Shown here: positions 39,161 through 51,883 of the stretch, piece by piece
Layout of the letters: every line of letters begins with the position of its first letter
Position numbering within the stretch: position 1 is the first letter of the stretch
NCBI GenBank assembly: GCA_010909165.1
Contig: MU008190.1
Coordinates: 62,001 to 126,000, forward strand
Reading direction: 5' to 3'
From: Anthoceros angustus
Lineage: Eukaryota; Plantae; Anthocerotophyta
Length of the DNA: 64,000 nucleotides
The notes under the pieces: model-generated
The model's input: the letters and a program-made list of their open reading frames with translations, nothing else
Database searches by the model: none
Told to the model about the DNA's origin: nothing
Made by a program: the position numbers and the translations under genes

Positions 39161-40730
39161 GCTAAGGCCCTCGCTCAATTTCCAGCCCTTTCCGCTTGTT
39201 TACCTCAAAATGAAGTGCTGGAAATCTTAAGCGAGACGGGTTGTCGATGTCTTTTAATTGCTGCACAATAAAACCCAAAACGTAAGGACACATAAGGGCT
39301 TGCTCGCCACATGTGGGCGCCGGCGGCGCCATCGGCCGACACATCCTGTGGAGGCGCGGCTGCCGGCGCCATCGGCAGACACATCTGGGCGCGGCTTGAC
39401 AAAACCCTTCATGCTCACACAAGGTGGAGGGCGGCCCGGTGCCTACATGCACGCACCATGTCCGGGGCGCCCGGCGCCCGCCGCCCGCATCATGGTGGCG
39501 GGCGCCGGCCGGCGGCGCCGCATCCATCAGCGGCGGCGCCGGCCGGCGGCGCCCTCCATCAACAGATGGTAAAGGAAAAAATTCGGTCAAGGGGAAGATT
39601 TACCTTTCCGGCAAACTGTGTTTGAAACCGCGCGATCATAGCGTCCGTTGAATGCTGTGGGTATTCTCTCCGGACTTCCTCAAACGATGTGCAGTCAAGA
39701 TGCTTCGCCATAGCAACTTGGATGATATGCAGCTTCTTCCGCAAAGTGATGTCGTCCTCCATGCCTTTCGTGTCGGACCAGCTAATACTTTTCCATTCTT
39801 GTAAGTAATATCATTGTCCACACTCGCTGCGGTATACCGAAAGCCTTCCATGGCTTTGCTAGCATGTCCTTGACTTCACATATCTGTTGCAACCTTCTGG
39901 GAATCTTCCCCGACCTTCCGTTTTCCTTTGCCCTTCTTGCTTGTGCCTGCTGCTGTGTGTCTTTTCTGTTCCGGCAACTCCCCAGCCTCCCACTTCGTAA
40001 ATATTTTGTCAATATTCTCCCAAATTCTCCCTTCTTGCTTTGCAATACAAAGTATATGAGTCCTGTTATCCACCTTGTTTTGCTTGTAAACGTCGTCTTC
40101 TCTCCCCTCGTCGTCGTCAATGAGGCCCAGAACCTTGTACAAATTGAATTTCCATGCCATAGTCATATGCACCCCTTCACGCTTGGCAATAAGCAGCTCA
40201 TCACGGAGATACCTGACCTGCTCGATGAAAGACATTTTTCTTCTCTTGTCCGACATAATATTGTGGTCTGTAGCTAGAACCCGCATCTCCTGAAGTGTGA
40301 GACTGCAGTACACGTGAGCCTCGACATCCGAAACTGTTTTTCGGTGCCATATCAAATGCTTCATCGCCGCAAAAGTGTGATTCCGCCCAGTACTCCCATG
40401 ACATAAGTTTTTGCCCGAATCGCTTGCCAATCCAAAGGTGCTTCCATGTTGTCGCATTCCGCCGGTCTATCATACATGAGGCAATACGCCTTCCTCTATT
40501 CTCCCTTTCGATATGACCCGGGCCAAGTAATTCGTCCATGCTTCGTCAACCTTCCGTATCTGTGCATCCGGAGTGATATGCGAAGCTGGCCTTAGATTCT
40601 CCAGCTTCACCAGCACTGTCTCCGGAACAACTTTCTTCGCATACGCCGATTCCCTTACACGGGTTAAAGGGTCTTCATCTCTCACCGCTGCTTCTAACCT
40701 CTCCTCATCTTGGGACATGAACTGTCGCAA
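39160..40730 (-). pseudogene. ParB/Srx-like domain plus helical region, upstream of and co-oriented with the methyltransferase
   Basis: Across frameshifts it reads IRKVDEAWTNYLARVISKG...KTYVMGVLGGNHTFAAMKHL...HVYCSLTLQEMRVLATDHN...KMSFIEQVRYLR. A GT-AG intron spans 39603-39261. Confidence 0.7.
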
Positions 40731-43700
40731 TGGGTGCCACCCTCGCGTCTAAGCTTCCAATCGGTCTGGACTTTTTCTTTTTCTTCTGAGGACCCTGATC
40801 ATCGCTATGGGCCCTCTTTCGTGAAATCTGCAGGGGAAGTCCTTTCCCTTTTCCTCTGCCATGCACAGCATAGTGATCGGATTCCCCTACCGCCATGTCC
40901 ATGGCATCGGCCCTCGCCGGCCTTGCTCCCTCCCTCACTTCCCCACATGCTTCATGCTCCTCCTGAGAGGTGCTTCTCAGGCGCCGGCCGCGCCTCCTCT
41001 CTGGCCTCTCCTGTTTGCCCAATGGGCGGAGGTGGAACCCCTCTGACACCTCGAAGGCGGCCGGCGCCCTCCTCTGCATGGCCTCTCCTGTTTGCCCAAC
41101 CAGGCAGGTGGAACCCCCTCGGCTCGAATGGCGCGGCCGGCGCCCTCCTCTCCTGCATGGCCTCTCCCTATTTGCCCGACCTGTGGGCCAAGGGAGGAAC
41201 CCCCTACAGCACCTTGAAGGGCGCCGGCCGGCCGGCGCCCTTCCACAGTGCTTGCGGGCGGGCAGCCTTCCCGGCCCCTCGCCGGGCGCGGTCGGCCGGC
41301 GCCCTTCAGCTCCCTCCTCCCTTGCAAACCCTATGAACCAGTTAGGGTCTGGCGTCGGCAACTCCTGGCGAGTCTGGCCGACACCAGGGGCGCCGGCCGG
41401 CCGGCGCCCTGGACCTGCCTCTGCCTCGTAGGGCTCTGTTGCCACATCCATGGAATTGCCAGGCACAGCATATTCCATAAACAGTTCCGCATCTCCCTCT
41501 TCACCCTGTGCATCCGAATCCACATCGTCATCATCCGAATGGCCTAACATGTCCGGGATCGTCCGCTCGTCTTCATCAGATGGACCAAGCTCGCTTTCCA
41601 CCGATGTCTCATCATCCCCCTCCATTTCCTCGCCTGCTATCCGAGAACTGCGAATAGACATAGCCCGCCTATGTGCTAAAACGCTTTGTGTGAGCTCAGC
41701 GCAGAGACAGGCAATGAAACTTTTGCCCATCTGCTCCGCCTGCAAACCAACATGGATGGACAGAATAAGCCACACCAGATGCACATTACAATTAGCCAGA
41801 AACCCAAGAACATGCCACCCAAATGCACTCACCGATGTCTCTTGCCGACAGTCTCTGAATAACTCGATCAAGCGTGAAGGTGCACATTTCTTAAAGATCA
41901 ACCCTGCAAATGTCACCTGGAACAATCTGTAGGCCTGTGGGTTTGGATGCAATGTCGTGAAGTCTTGCGGCTTCCTCACCACAAGGAGTTGTGCTTGGTG
42001 CCAGTGGTCATGTCCAATGTTGCCCAAATCACCCCACCTCGCCTCGTGGGGCTCATTAGGCAAAGCATCTTTGTATCCCACCACCCACAACTTGAGCAGG
42101 TGTCCAAACGCATCCTCGTCCTCCGGTTCCTCTTCCGCAAATCATCCAATTCTTCTCAACAACGCGAATACTCGCATACTTGCGACCTCCGAAATGCATA
42201 GTCTCCTCGTAGTTGAAGGCGATTGAATCGGGCGCATCGGCCTCGCCCGGCCTAGCTCCCTCCCTCACTTCCCACATGCTTCATGCTCCTCCCGAGAGGT
42301 GCTTCTCAGGCGCCGGCGGCGCCCTCCTCTCCTCTGCATGGCCTCTCCTGCTTGCCCCAGGGCAGGTGGAACCCCTCTGACCTCGAATGGCGCGGCCGGC
42401 GCCCTCCTCTCCTCTGCATGGCCTCCCTGTTGCCCGACCAGGCCAAGGGAGGAACCCCCTGACACCTTGAAGGCGCCGGCGGCGCGCCCTTCCACAGTGC
42501 TTGCGGGCGGCGGCCTTCCCGGCCCCTCGCCGGGCGCGGTCGGCCGGCGCCCGCCTCCTCCTCCCTTGCAAACCCTATGAACCCGATTAGGGTGCGTCGG
42601 CAACTCTGGCGGCCGCCGGCCGGCGCCGGCGGCGCCCAGACTGCCTCGCCTCGTGGGGCTCATTACCATGGAATTTCCGAGCCGGATATTCCAGTTCGCA
42701 TCTCCTCTTCACCCTGTGCATCCGAATACACATCGTCATCATCCGAATGGCCTAACATGTCGTCGCTCGTCTTCATCGGATGGACCAAGCTCGCTTTCCA
42801 CCGATGTCTCATCATCCCCTCCATTTCGCGCTGCTATCCGAGAACTGCGAATAGACATAGCCGCGCCTATGTGCTAAAACGCTTTGTGTGAGCTCACGCG
42901 AGCAATGAAACTTTTGCCCATCTGCTCCGCCTGCAAACCAACATGGATGGACAGAATAAGCCACACCAGATGCACATTACAATTAGCCAGAAACCCAAGA
43001 ACATGCCACCAAATGCACTCACCGATGTCTCTTGCCGGCGGTCTCGAATAACTCGATCAAGCGTGAAGGTGCACATTTCTTAAAGATCAACCCCGCAAAT
43101 GTCACGTGGAACAATCAGAGGCTGTGGGTTTGGATGCAATGTCGTGAAGTCTTGCGGCTTCCTCACCACAAGGAGTTGTGCTTGGTACGCCAGTCATGTC
43201 CAATGTTGCCCAAATCACCCACCACCTCGGGCTCGATTAGGCAAAGCATCTTTGTATCCCACCACCCACAACTTGAGCAGGTGTCCGCATCCTCGTCCTC
43301 CGGTTCCTCTTCCTGGCAAATCATCCAATTCTTCTCAACAACGCGAATACTCTGCATACTTGCTGCCAGCCTCCTGAAATGCATAGTCTCCTCGTAGTTG
43401 AAGGGCGATTGAATCGGAACTGGCATCGGGCGTTTCTGCACACTTCTCTCAGCTTCATCACCCCCACCTACGCCTCGCGTGGTGCTTGCCTTTCCCGAGT
43501 TGTGGCTGTGAGCCCTCCCACCACTCGCCCCTCCTGCTGTGGAATTCGCTCCGATTTGTGCCAGAGGTTGCTCATACTGCCTGCCGCCGGGATGCACTCT
43601 GCCTTGTGGCGCACTGGGCTGCACCACATCCTCTGTTGTCGCTGCTGTCCGTTTCTTGCTTCCTCTCCCCTTCTTCTGCTTGGGCAAAGGGAGGTCCTGT

Positions 43701-43747
43701 TCAGGCTCAAAGGCATTCTTCTCCTTCCCCCTCCTCCCGGATGCCAT
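40731..43747 (-). pseudogene. N-terminal part of the cargo gene: basic start, unknown helical domain (two tandem copies), acidic tract, GC-rich repeats
   Basis: ORF start MASGRRGKEK at 43747. ORF 40705-42090 runs toward the ParB region and contains a 93-nt GT-AG intron (41832-41740). About 40870-42240 is repeated at about 42240-43380. Confidence 0.6.
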
Positions 43748-44759
43748 CTGATTCAGCGATCGCGCTCACCGTCGCGCAAATGCGAGCAGTAGCGGGTTAA
43801 GGGAGAGCAGGTGCGGTAGCGGCCCCTCCTTGCGATCACAGGCGCACACACCTCGATCACAGCGCACACACACGGTCGGAGGCGGGCGCAACTTCCGAGT
43901 GAACAAGTGGAAAGAATTGACTCAAGGGCCGGCACCCGTCAGAGATTAAGTTGGCTCTCTTTTCGTATTAGGGCTTGCAGATTTTATAGGCATAAGGGTG
44001 ATATAGGTGATATAAGGCATAGGTATATTTGTCCTGATTTGATATCCGGTGTATTTGCATCGGATCGTAAACCACATCTGGGATTCCCTTTGCCATGTGC
44101 GATATTAAACACCGATGTCAGGTGGCGGCGCCGCCCGGCGAAAGGGCTGTCGACATTGCGGCGCCGCACACAATCCCGATTACGTGTGCTCATACATCTT
44201 TGTTCTATAAGGCGGACATTGGGGACCTCCAGGTAGCTTTCTTCAACGCGGTCGCTATTGTTCCATTGTCTGCAGCGTTCTCCATAGCGCCTATTCCCGA
44301 GTTGTAGCCCTTGATGTTACGGTGGCACACAAGACGAAGAGGTGCGGCTACCCGTGTCATTGAAATGCACATGTGCACGCCATTCAATCCATACACGCTA
44401 ACGGTTGGGTGTTTGGGAGAAGAAGCGAGATGGCGGCGCCCACCAATCGAGGCGCACACACTTCCATATATGGGCAGCGATCCGGACAACCCATCCAATG
44501 ACGGCAATGTTGGTGGAATCGCACACCGCCTGAGGTAAGGTTAGACGTTTGGGTTTCATTGGCATATTGTTTTCCCCAACTTTTCTCATCAACTGTGGTG
44601 GGAACCATGCATGTAGGTAAAAGGAGTGGAGGTGGAATTCCACTTTTGAAGCCGGTGGTATCGCCAATTATCCCGCCGTCTGTGCCACCGACCCCACGAA
44701 ACCTTAACTTATATGCGGCAATTAGGAGAAGTCCTTCCCGTGGAAGATATGGGGAACAG

Positions 44760-47700
44760 CCATGTAGCAGACCCCGCGCTGACAAAATGGCGGAACCCAA
44801 TCGCAGCCTAAGACGAGGATTGTTCCTACGCGGAGATCATGAGGCGAAGCATTGCACCATGAAGATGAGGGCAGCGACGATGTCTTCGAGGCGGACACGA
44901 TCGTGGGGAATTCCCTCCGCTATTACATTCCAAGCAAAACCTTTGAGCGATTCATTGCGGTGAAATCGCGTGGAAGATGCATGCGAGGAGGAGGGCTTCC
45001 GGCCTTTGCGAAGAAGTGATGTGGCTGCAATCGCTGGAGAGTTTGAAGCCATCTTTGCAATCAAATGTGTGTTCAAATTGACAAAAGAAAAATTCCAAGA
45101 ACATCGGTATAGGTTCCTCGCATGGGACGTCAAGAGCGAGACACACCTTGAGTCCCTGTAAAGGTGGTAAGTGATGGCGGAGTTCATACAAAGGTTCAAC
45201 CCACCTTGTTGGTGCGACATCTTACGATGTTGCCTCGAGCATTTAGGCGGGTTTTCATAAGCGATATGAAGAGTTGAAAAGCAGGGTGCAGCGCAACTCG
45301 CCGTGGGATAACCAGAGACCAAATCCATCACAGCTGTCAGCATCATCCGATGATGCACTTGCCTGGATGGACAACGTTTTCATGTCCATGGCGGAGCGGC
45401 TCCCCAATGCGCAGGTGTACAATCTTCCGGATACGTACACGAAGCTAGAGCTATGGGGCCAGTACAAGCGACAATGTGAGCGGTCACAAACAAGGGCTAT
45501 TACATATGCCTGGTTTCTAAGGCTTTGGAAGGTGCACTTCAGCAGTGTTAAGATACCTAAGTCCAACAGATTTTCTACGTGTGCGATATGCGCGGGGTTA
45601 AAGGCAACCATTGAACACTTTTCAAAGGTGGATCAAGGTATGGCATCCCTTCCCACCATTCCCTTCCCTATTTGCGTTGGCTATGTGGCGTGATGTCAAG
45701 ATAGCCATAGTTGGGGAGCGGCGGCCGGCCGGCGCCTCCTCCCAACTATCCCTGCGTACCCCCACCACGGAACCTTAACTTATATGCGGCAATTAGGAGA
45801 AGTCCTTCCGTGGAAGATATGGGGAAACGACCATGTAGCGAGACCCACGACAAAATGGCGGAACCCAATCGCGACCTAAGGCGAGGATTGTTCCCTCGCC
45901 GACGGAGATCATGAGGCGAAGCATTGCACCATGAAGATGAGGGCAGCGACGATGTCTTCAGGCGGACACGATGGGAATTCCCTCCGCTATTACATTCCAA
46001 GCAAAACCTTTGAGCGATTCATTGCGGTGAAATCGCGTGGAAGATGCATGGGGAGGAGGGCTTCCGCGTGCCTTTGCGAAGTGATGTGGCTGCAATCGCT
46101 GGAGAGTTTGAAGCCATCTTTGCAATCAAATGTGTGTTCAAATTGACAAAAGAAAAATTCCAAGAACATCGGTATAGGTTCCTCGCATGGGACGTCAAGA
46201 GCGAGACACACCTTGAGTCCTCAAAGGTGGTAAGTGATGGCGGAGTTCATACAAAGGTTCAACCCCACCTTGTTGGTGCGACATCTTACAGATGTTGCCT
46301 ACGAGCATTTAGGCGGGTTTTCTGTATTGGTCATAAGCGATATGAAGAGCTGAAAAGCAGGGTGCAGCGCAACTCGCCGTGGGATAACCAGAGACCAAAT
46401 CCATCACAACTGTCAGGATCATCACAGGATGCACTTGCGTGGATGGACAACGTTTTCATGTCCATGGCGGAGCGGCTCCCCAACGCGCAGGTATACAATC
46501 TTCCGGACACGTACACGAAGCTGGAGCTATGGGCCCAGTACAAGCGACAATGTGAGCGGTCACAAACAAGGGCTATGACATATGCCCGGTTTCTAAGGCT
46601 CGAAGGTGCACTTCACGGTGTTAAGATACCTAAGTCCAACGGGTTTTCTACGTGCGATATGCAGGTTAAAGGCAACCATTGAACACTTTTCAAAGGTGGA
46701 TCAAGGTATGGCATCCCTTCCCACCATTCCCTTCCCTATTTCGTTGGCTATGTGGCGGTGATGTCAAGATAGCCATAGTTGGGAGCGGTGGCCGGCGCCT
46801 CCTCAACTATGGCTATCTTGACATCACGAGATATCTGCGTACAAGGAATGGTTTAGGGGAGGCGCGGCCGGCCGGCGCCTCCTCCCCGAGAGGGAGGGTT
46901 TAGAGGGAGGCGGCCGGCCTTCTCCCTTCGGAAGTTGATTGTACCGGCATGGGCGGCTTGTAGATGCTAAAGAAACGTACATTGTTGGTGCGGAGAAATA
47001 TCAACATGCGCTTGAGGCACATCAGATAGTGCGGCGTACAAGGAATGGTTTAAGGGAGGCGCCGGCCGGCGCCTCCTCCCAGAGAGAGAGGGAGGGTTTA
47101 GAGGGAGGCGCCGGCCGGCGCGCCTCCTCCCTTCGGAAGTTGATTGTACCGGCATGGGCTTGTAGATGCTAAAGAAAGCGTACATTGTTGGTGCGGAGAA
47201 ATATCAACATGCGCTTGAGGCACATCATGCGGCGGTTATCGTGAGCGTGCCAAAATGGCCAAACACCGGACGAAAAGCTACGTTGAGCCCCACAAGTACA
47301 TGTTACTCGCTATTGATGGGATGGACCAAAAGAAAACGGAGATCCCACATTTTTACGGTGGCCAAAGAATTTAAGTGAGGAGTGCCGATAGTCATGTGGT
47401 GGGCTGCATGGTTCATAACTATACATATAAAGCGACAAGATATTTGCACTATGCAAACCTTGAACGATGCAAATCTAACGATATGCATCATCCAAGATGT
47501 TCGCACAATTATGAAGGATATTGCCTAAAGTCTTGTACTTGCGGTTGGACAATACTTGTCGAGAGAACAAAAATCAACTTCTTTTGCATATCCGAATATG
47601 TTAGTAGACATGGGTACATTTCGGAAGGTGAAGGTGGGCTTTACGCTAGTGGGGCACACACAGATTGACGGATGTTTTCACGGTTTAAGCCTGAAACAAG

Positions 47701-50700
47701 GAAGCGCACACATTGCGCTTCTCGATATTCTCGGAAAAGCATACACACCAACTCCGGTGAAAATTCTCACCGAGGTCCGGACTTGAGTCATATGTGTGGC
47801 CCATCGGAAGAGGAGATGGTCGGCTATCGTACAGTGGTCACGAATAACCTTCGTTCCAACACCGTTTAAGATAACACGGGAGGACAAGGCGGAGCGAGGT
47901 CTAGTCACGGTTATTCAAGCAAGCAATATTCGACATCTCCGCTATGGGAGGCGAAGGAGGCTTGGAGTTCTTGAAGTTCTGCATCTAATGACATCACAAG
48001 ATCACCTCTCCTAGCACCGCGTCTAGGGACAAAAAGGCTCACTTCCGGGTTTAAAGGCAGAGGTGTGGCCCATCTTAAAGAAGGGCTCTCGGCTTGCGTG
48101 CATATATTGCCGCAGATGAACATTTGTGGTGGGAGGCCTTCAGGAGGACCAGCATGAGATTGCGGTTATCGTGGAGAACAACATTGGCTGGCGCTCAAAA
48201 GCCACAAAATGGCGGAACCCAATCGCGACCTAAGGCGAGGATTGTTCCCTCGCGGAGATCATGAGGCGAAGCATTGCACCATGAAGATGAGGACGATGTC
48301 TTCAGGACACGATCGTGAATTCCCTCCGCTATTACATTCCAAGCAAAACCTTTGAGCGATTCATTGCGGTAATCGCGTGGAAGATGCATGCGAGGAGGAG
48401 GGCTTCGTGCCTTTGCGAAGAAGTGATGTGGCTGCAATCGTGGAGAGTTTCGGAAGCCATGCAATCAAATGTGTGTTCGAAATTGACAAAAGAAAAATTC
48501 CAAGAACATCGGTATAGGTTCCTCGCATGGGACGTCAAGAGCGGAGACACACCTTGAGTCCCTGTAAAGGTGGTAAGTGATGGCGGAGTTCATACAAAGG
48601 TTCAACCCCACCTTGTTGGTGCGACATCTTCGATGTTGCCCTACGAGCATTTAGGGTTTTGTATTGGTCATAAGCGATATGAAGAGTGGCGGTGCAACTT
48701 GTGGGATAACCGAGACCAAATCCATCACAACGCCGATCATCACAGGATGCACTTGCGTGGATGGACAACGTTTTCATGTCCATGGCGAGCGGCTCCCCAG
48801 CGGTATACAATCTTCCGGACACGTACGGAGCTATGGGCCCGGTACAAGCGACAATGTGAGCGGTCACAAACTATGACATATGCACGGTTTCTAAGGCTCG
48901 AAGGTGCACTTGAGTGTTAAGATACCTAAGTCCAAGTTTTTCACGTATGCGATATGCGGTTAAAGGCAACCATTGAACACTTTTCAAAGGTGGATCAAGG
49001 TATGGCATCCCTTCCCTCCATTCCCTTCCCTATTTGCGTTGGCTATGTGGCGTGATGTCAAGATAGCCATAGTTGAGAGCGGTGGCGGCGCGCCTCCTCC
49101 CGAACTATGGCTATCTTGACATCCGAGATATCTTGCGTACAAGGAATGGTTTAAGGGAGGCGGCCGGCGCGCCTCCTCCCCGCGGAGAGAGGAGGAGGGT
49201 TTAGAGGGAGGCGGCCGGCCGCGCCTCTTCTCCCTCCCCTTCGGAAGTTGATTGTACCAGCGGCTTGTAGATGCTAAAGAAACGTACATTGTTGGTGCGG
49301 AGAAATATCAACATGCGCTTGAGGCACATCATGCGGCGGTTATCGGCAGAGCGTGCCAAAATGGCCAAACCCAGCTACGTTGAGCCCCACAAGTACATGT
49401 TACTCGCTATTGATGGGATGGACCAAAAGAAAGCGGAGATCCCACATTTTTACGGTGGCCAAAGAATTTAAGTGAGGAGTGCCGCATAGTACATGGTGGG
49501 TGCATGGTTCATAACTATACATATAAAGCGGCAGCATATTTGCACTATGCAAACCTTGAACGATGCAAATCTAACGATATGCATCATCCAAGATGTTCGC
49601 ACAATTATGAAGGATATTGCCTAAAGTCTTGTACTTGCGGTTGGACAATACTTGTCGAGAGAACAAAAATCAACTTCTTTTGCATATCCGAATATGTTAG
49701 TAGACATGGGTACATTTCGGAAGGTGAAGGTGGGCTTTACGCTAGTGGGGCACACACAGATTGACGGATGTTTTCACGGTTTAAGCCTGAAACAAGGAAG
49801 CGCACACATTGCGCTTCTCGATATTCTCGGAAAAGCATACACACCAACTCCGGTGAAAATTCTCACCGAGGTCCGGACTTGAGTCATATGTGTGGCCCAT
49901 CGGAAGAGGAGATGGTCGGCTATCGTACAGTGGTCACGAATAACCTTCGTTCCAACACCGTTTAAGATAACACGGGAGGACAAGGCGGAGCGAGGTCTAG
50001 TCACGGTTATTCAAGCAAGCAATATTCGACATCTCCGCTATGGGAGGCGAAGGAGGCTTGGAGTTCTTGAAGTTCTGCATCTAATGACATCACAAGATCA
50101 CCTCTCCTAGCACCGCGTCTAGGGACAAAAGGCTCACTTCCGGGTTTAAAGGCAGAGGTGTGGCCCATCTTAAAGAAGGGCTCTCGGCTTGCGTGCATAT
50201 ATTGCCGCAGATGAACATTTGTGGTGGGAGGCCTTCAGGAGGACCAGCATGAGATTGCGGTTATCGTGGAGAACAACATTGGCTGGCGCTCAAAAGCCAC
50301 GGAAATGGTTTTCTAGGTCGGACGTTGAAGATACAGATGCAGCCTTTGCGCTACTAAATGAAAGCCTTACGAAGCATTATTGAGGGAGCTTGCTGTGATA
50401 TGTACTTGGGGCTTACCAAGTGGCTCGGCAGCAAGAAATGGAGCGGCGAATGGCGATGTGGTGAGATTGGAAATGGAATGTTCATCGCAATTCCATGCTT
50501 GACGATACGCACAGACCTTTTGGATCGGAAGAGTGGTGGAAGTGAAACATGATGCTTTCCGTCCGAGTCTAATGGTCCACAGTGAACATCGCTTTCAAGG
50601 CGATATGTTGAGGAGTACATCGTCCGCGGACAAGGGCCCAAGCATCGGGAGAAGTCATCAAGGCAAGGGTCAAAGACCGTGTTCCCCAAAAACATACAAG

Positions 50701-51883
50701 AGATTTACATCAATGATACAAGAATATTGTACTATGGTTTCAACCTTACTACGGAAGCATTTATACGCCAACGACAAAAAGGGCTATAAAGGAGAAGCTA
50801 AGCGAGATCTGGCGGCTTGATTGAACCCGGCCCGGTGAAGAGTGTCGGACAATAGCGATGAGGAGGAGGCGGATATTGACAACATGGATGATGTTGAGAA
50901 ACTGTCTTGGAAGAACCCTAGGCGAACATGACTTGACATTGTCTTTGTTTATGGTCATTGTTCTAGAAGGGAATAATAAAAACCGTACACATCGGGCGGA
51001 GGCAAGACTCCTTTCTTGTCTTTTCGTTTTCATATGGTACACCACACTAGTGGTCGATCATCATGTCGCAACAACACTAAACAAAAGGCTTCGATAATTG
51101 TGTTTCACGATTGAAACCACGGTTGGAAGTTTGACAAGCGGCAAAGCGGCGCGAATCTCACCTTAATGCCGGCGATTGCGACTATCAATCGTTGCGGGTG
51201 GGTACAACGTCCAGTATGGCGCCGGCCGGCGCCTACACACCGAATAGCGCCCATAAAATGTGAAAGTTGCATATATAGGGATGATTTCTACCACCCTTTC
51301 CGTGTCATCACATACCCTCTCAAGTTTCACAGTGCGGTCACCGAATAACCTTTCGTTCCAACACCAGTTCAAGATAACACGGGAGGACAAGGCGGAGCGA
51401 GGTCTAGTCACGGTTATTCGAAGCAAGCAATATTCGACATCTCCGCTATGGGAGACTGAAGGAGGCTTGGAGTTCTTGAAGTTCGTCCCGTCTAATGACA
51501 TCACAGCATCACCTCTCCTAGCACTGCAGTCTAGGGACAAAAAAGGCTCACTTCTAGGTTTAAAGGCAACAGAGGGTGTGGCCCATCTTAAAGAAGGGCT
51601 CTCTGGCTTGCGTGCATATATTGCCGCAGATGAACATTTGTGGTGGGAGGCCTTCTGGGAGGACCAGCATGAGATTGCGGTTATCGTGGAGAACAACATT
51701 GGCGCTCAAAAGCCACGGAAATGGTTTTCTAGGTCGGACGTTGAAGATACAGCTGACCTTTGCGCTTACCAAATGAAAGCCTTATACGAAGCATTATTGA
51801 GGGAGCTTCCACGCGTGATATGTACTTGGGGCTTACCAAGTGGCTCGGCGCAAGAAATGGAGCGGCGAATGGCGATGTGGTGA
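44760..51883 (+). mobile_element. DDD-type DNA transposase gene (DUF7869/Sola-like motif set), present as several overlapping frameshifted copies
   Basis: CCLRAFRRVFCIG; LPDTYTKLELW...WKVHFSSVKIPKSNRFSTCAIC; LLAIDGMDQKKAEIPHF (47315 and 49412); LPKVLYLRLDNTCRENKNQ (47521-47577); KVKVGFTLVGHT...IDxMFSRF; FKITRED...KQYS. A GT-AG intron lies at 46230-46291. Confidence 0.85.

Noticed and set aside
37080-40730. Bacterial or phage contamination as the source of the ParB-MTase
   Set aside because: The gene has GT-AG introns, shares repeats with the adjacent eukaryotic transposase, and is contiguous with plant genes and retroelements. There is no operon-like context.
43163-43300. TCSSCG...LCL in ORF 43163-43747 read as a PHD or zinc finger
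   Set aside because: The other copy (42061-42120) reads EDAFGHLLKLWVVGYKDAL in the frame that continues into the conserved domain, so the cysteines arise from a frameshift.
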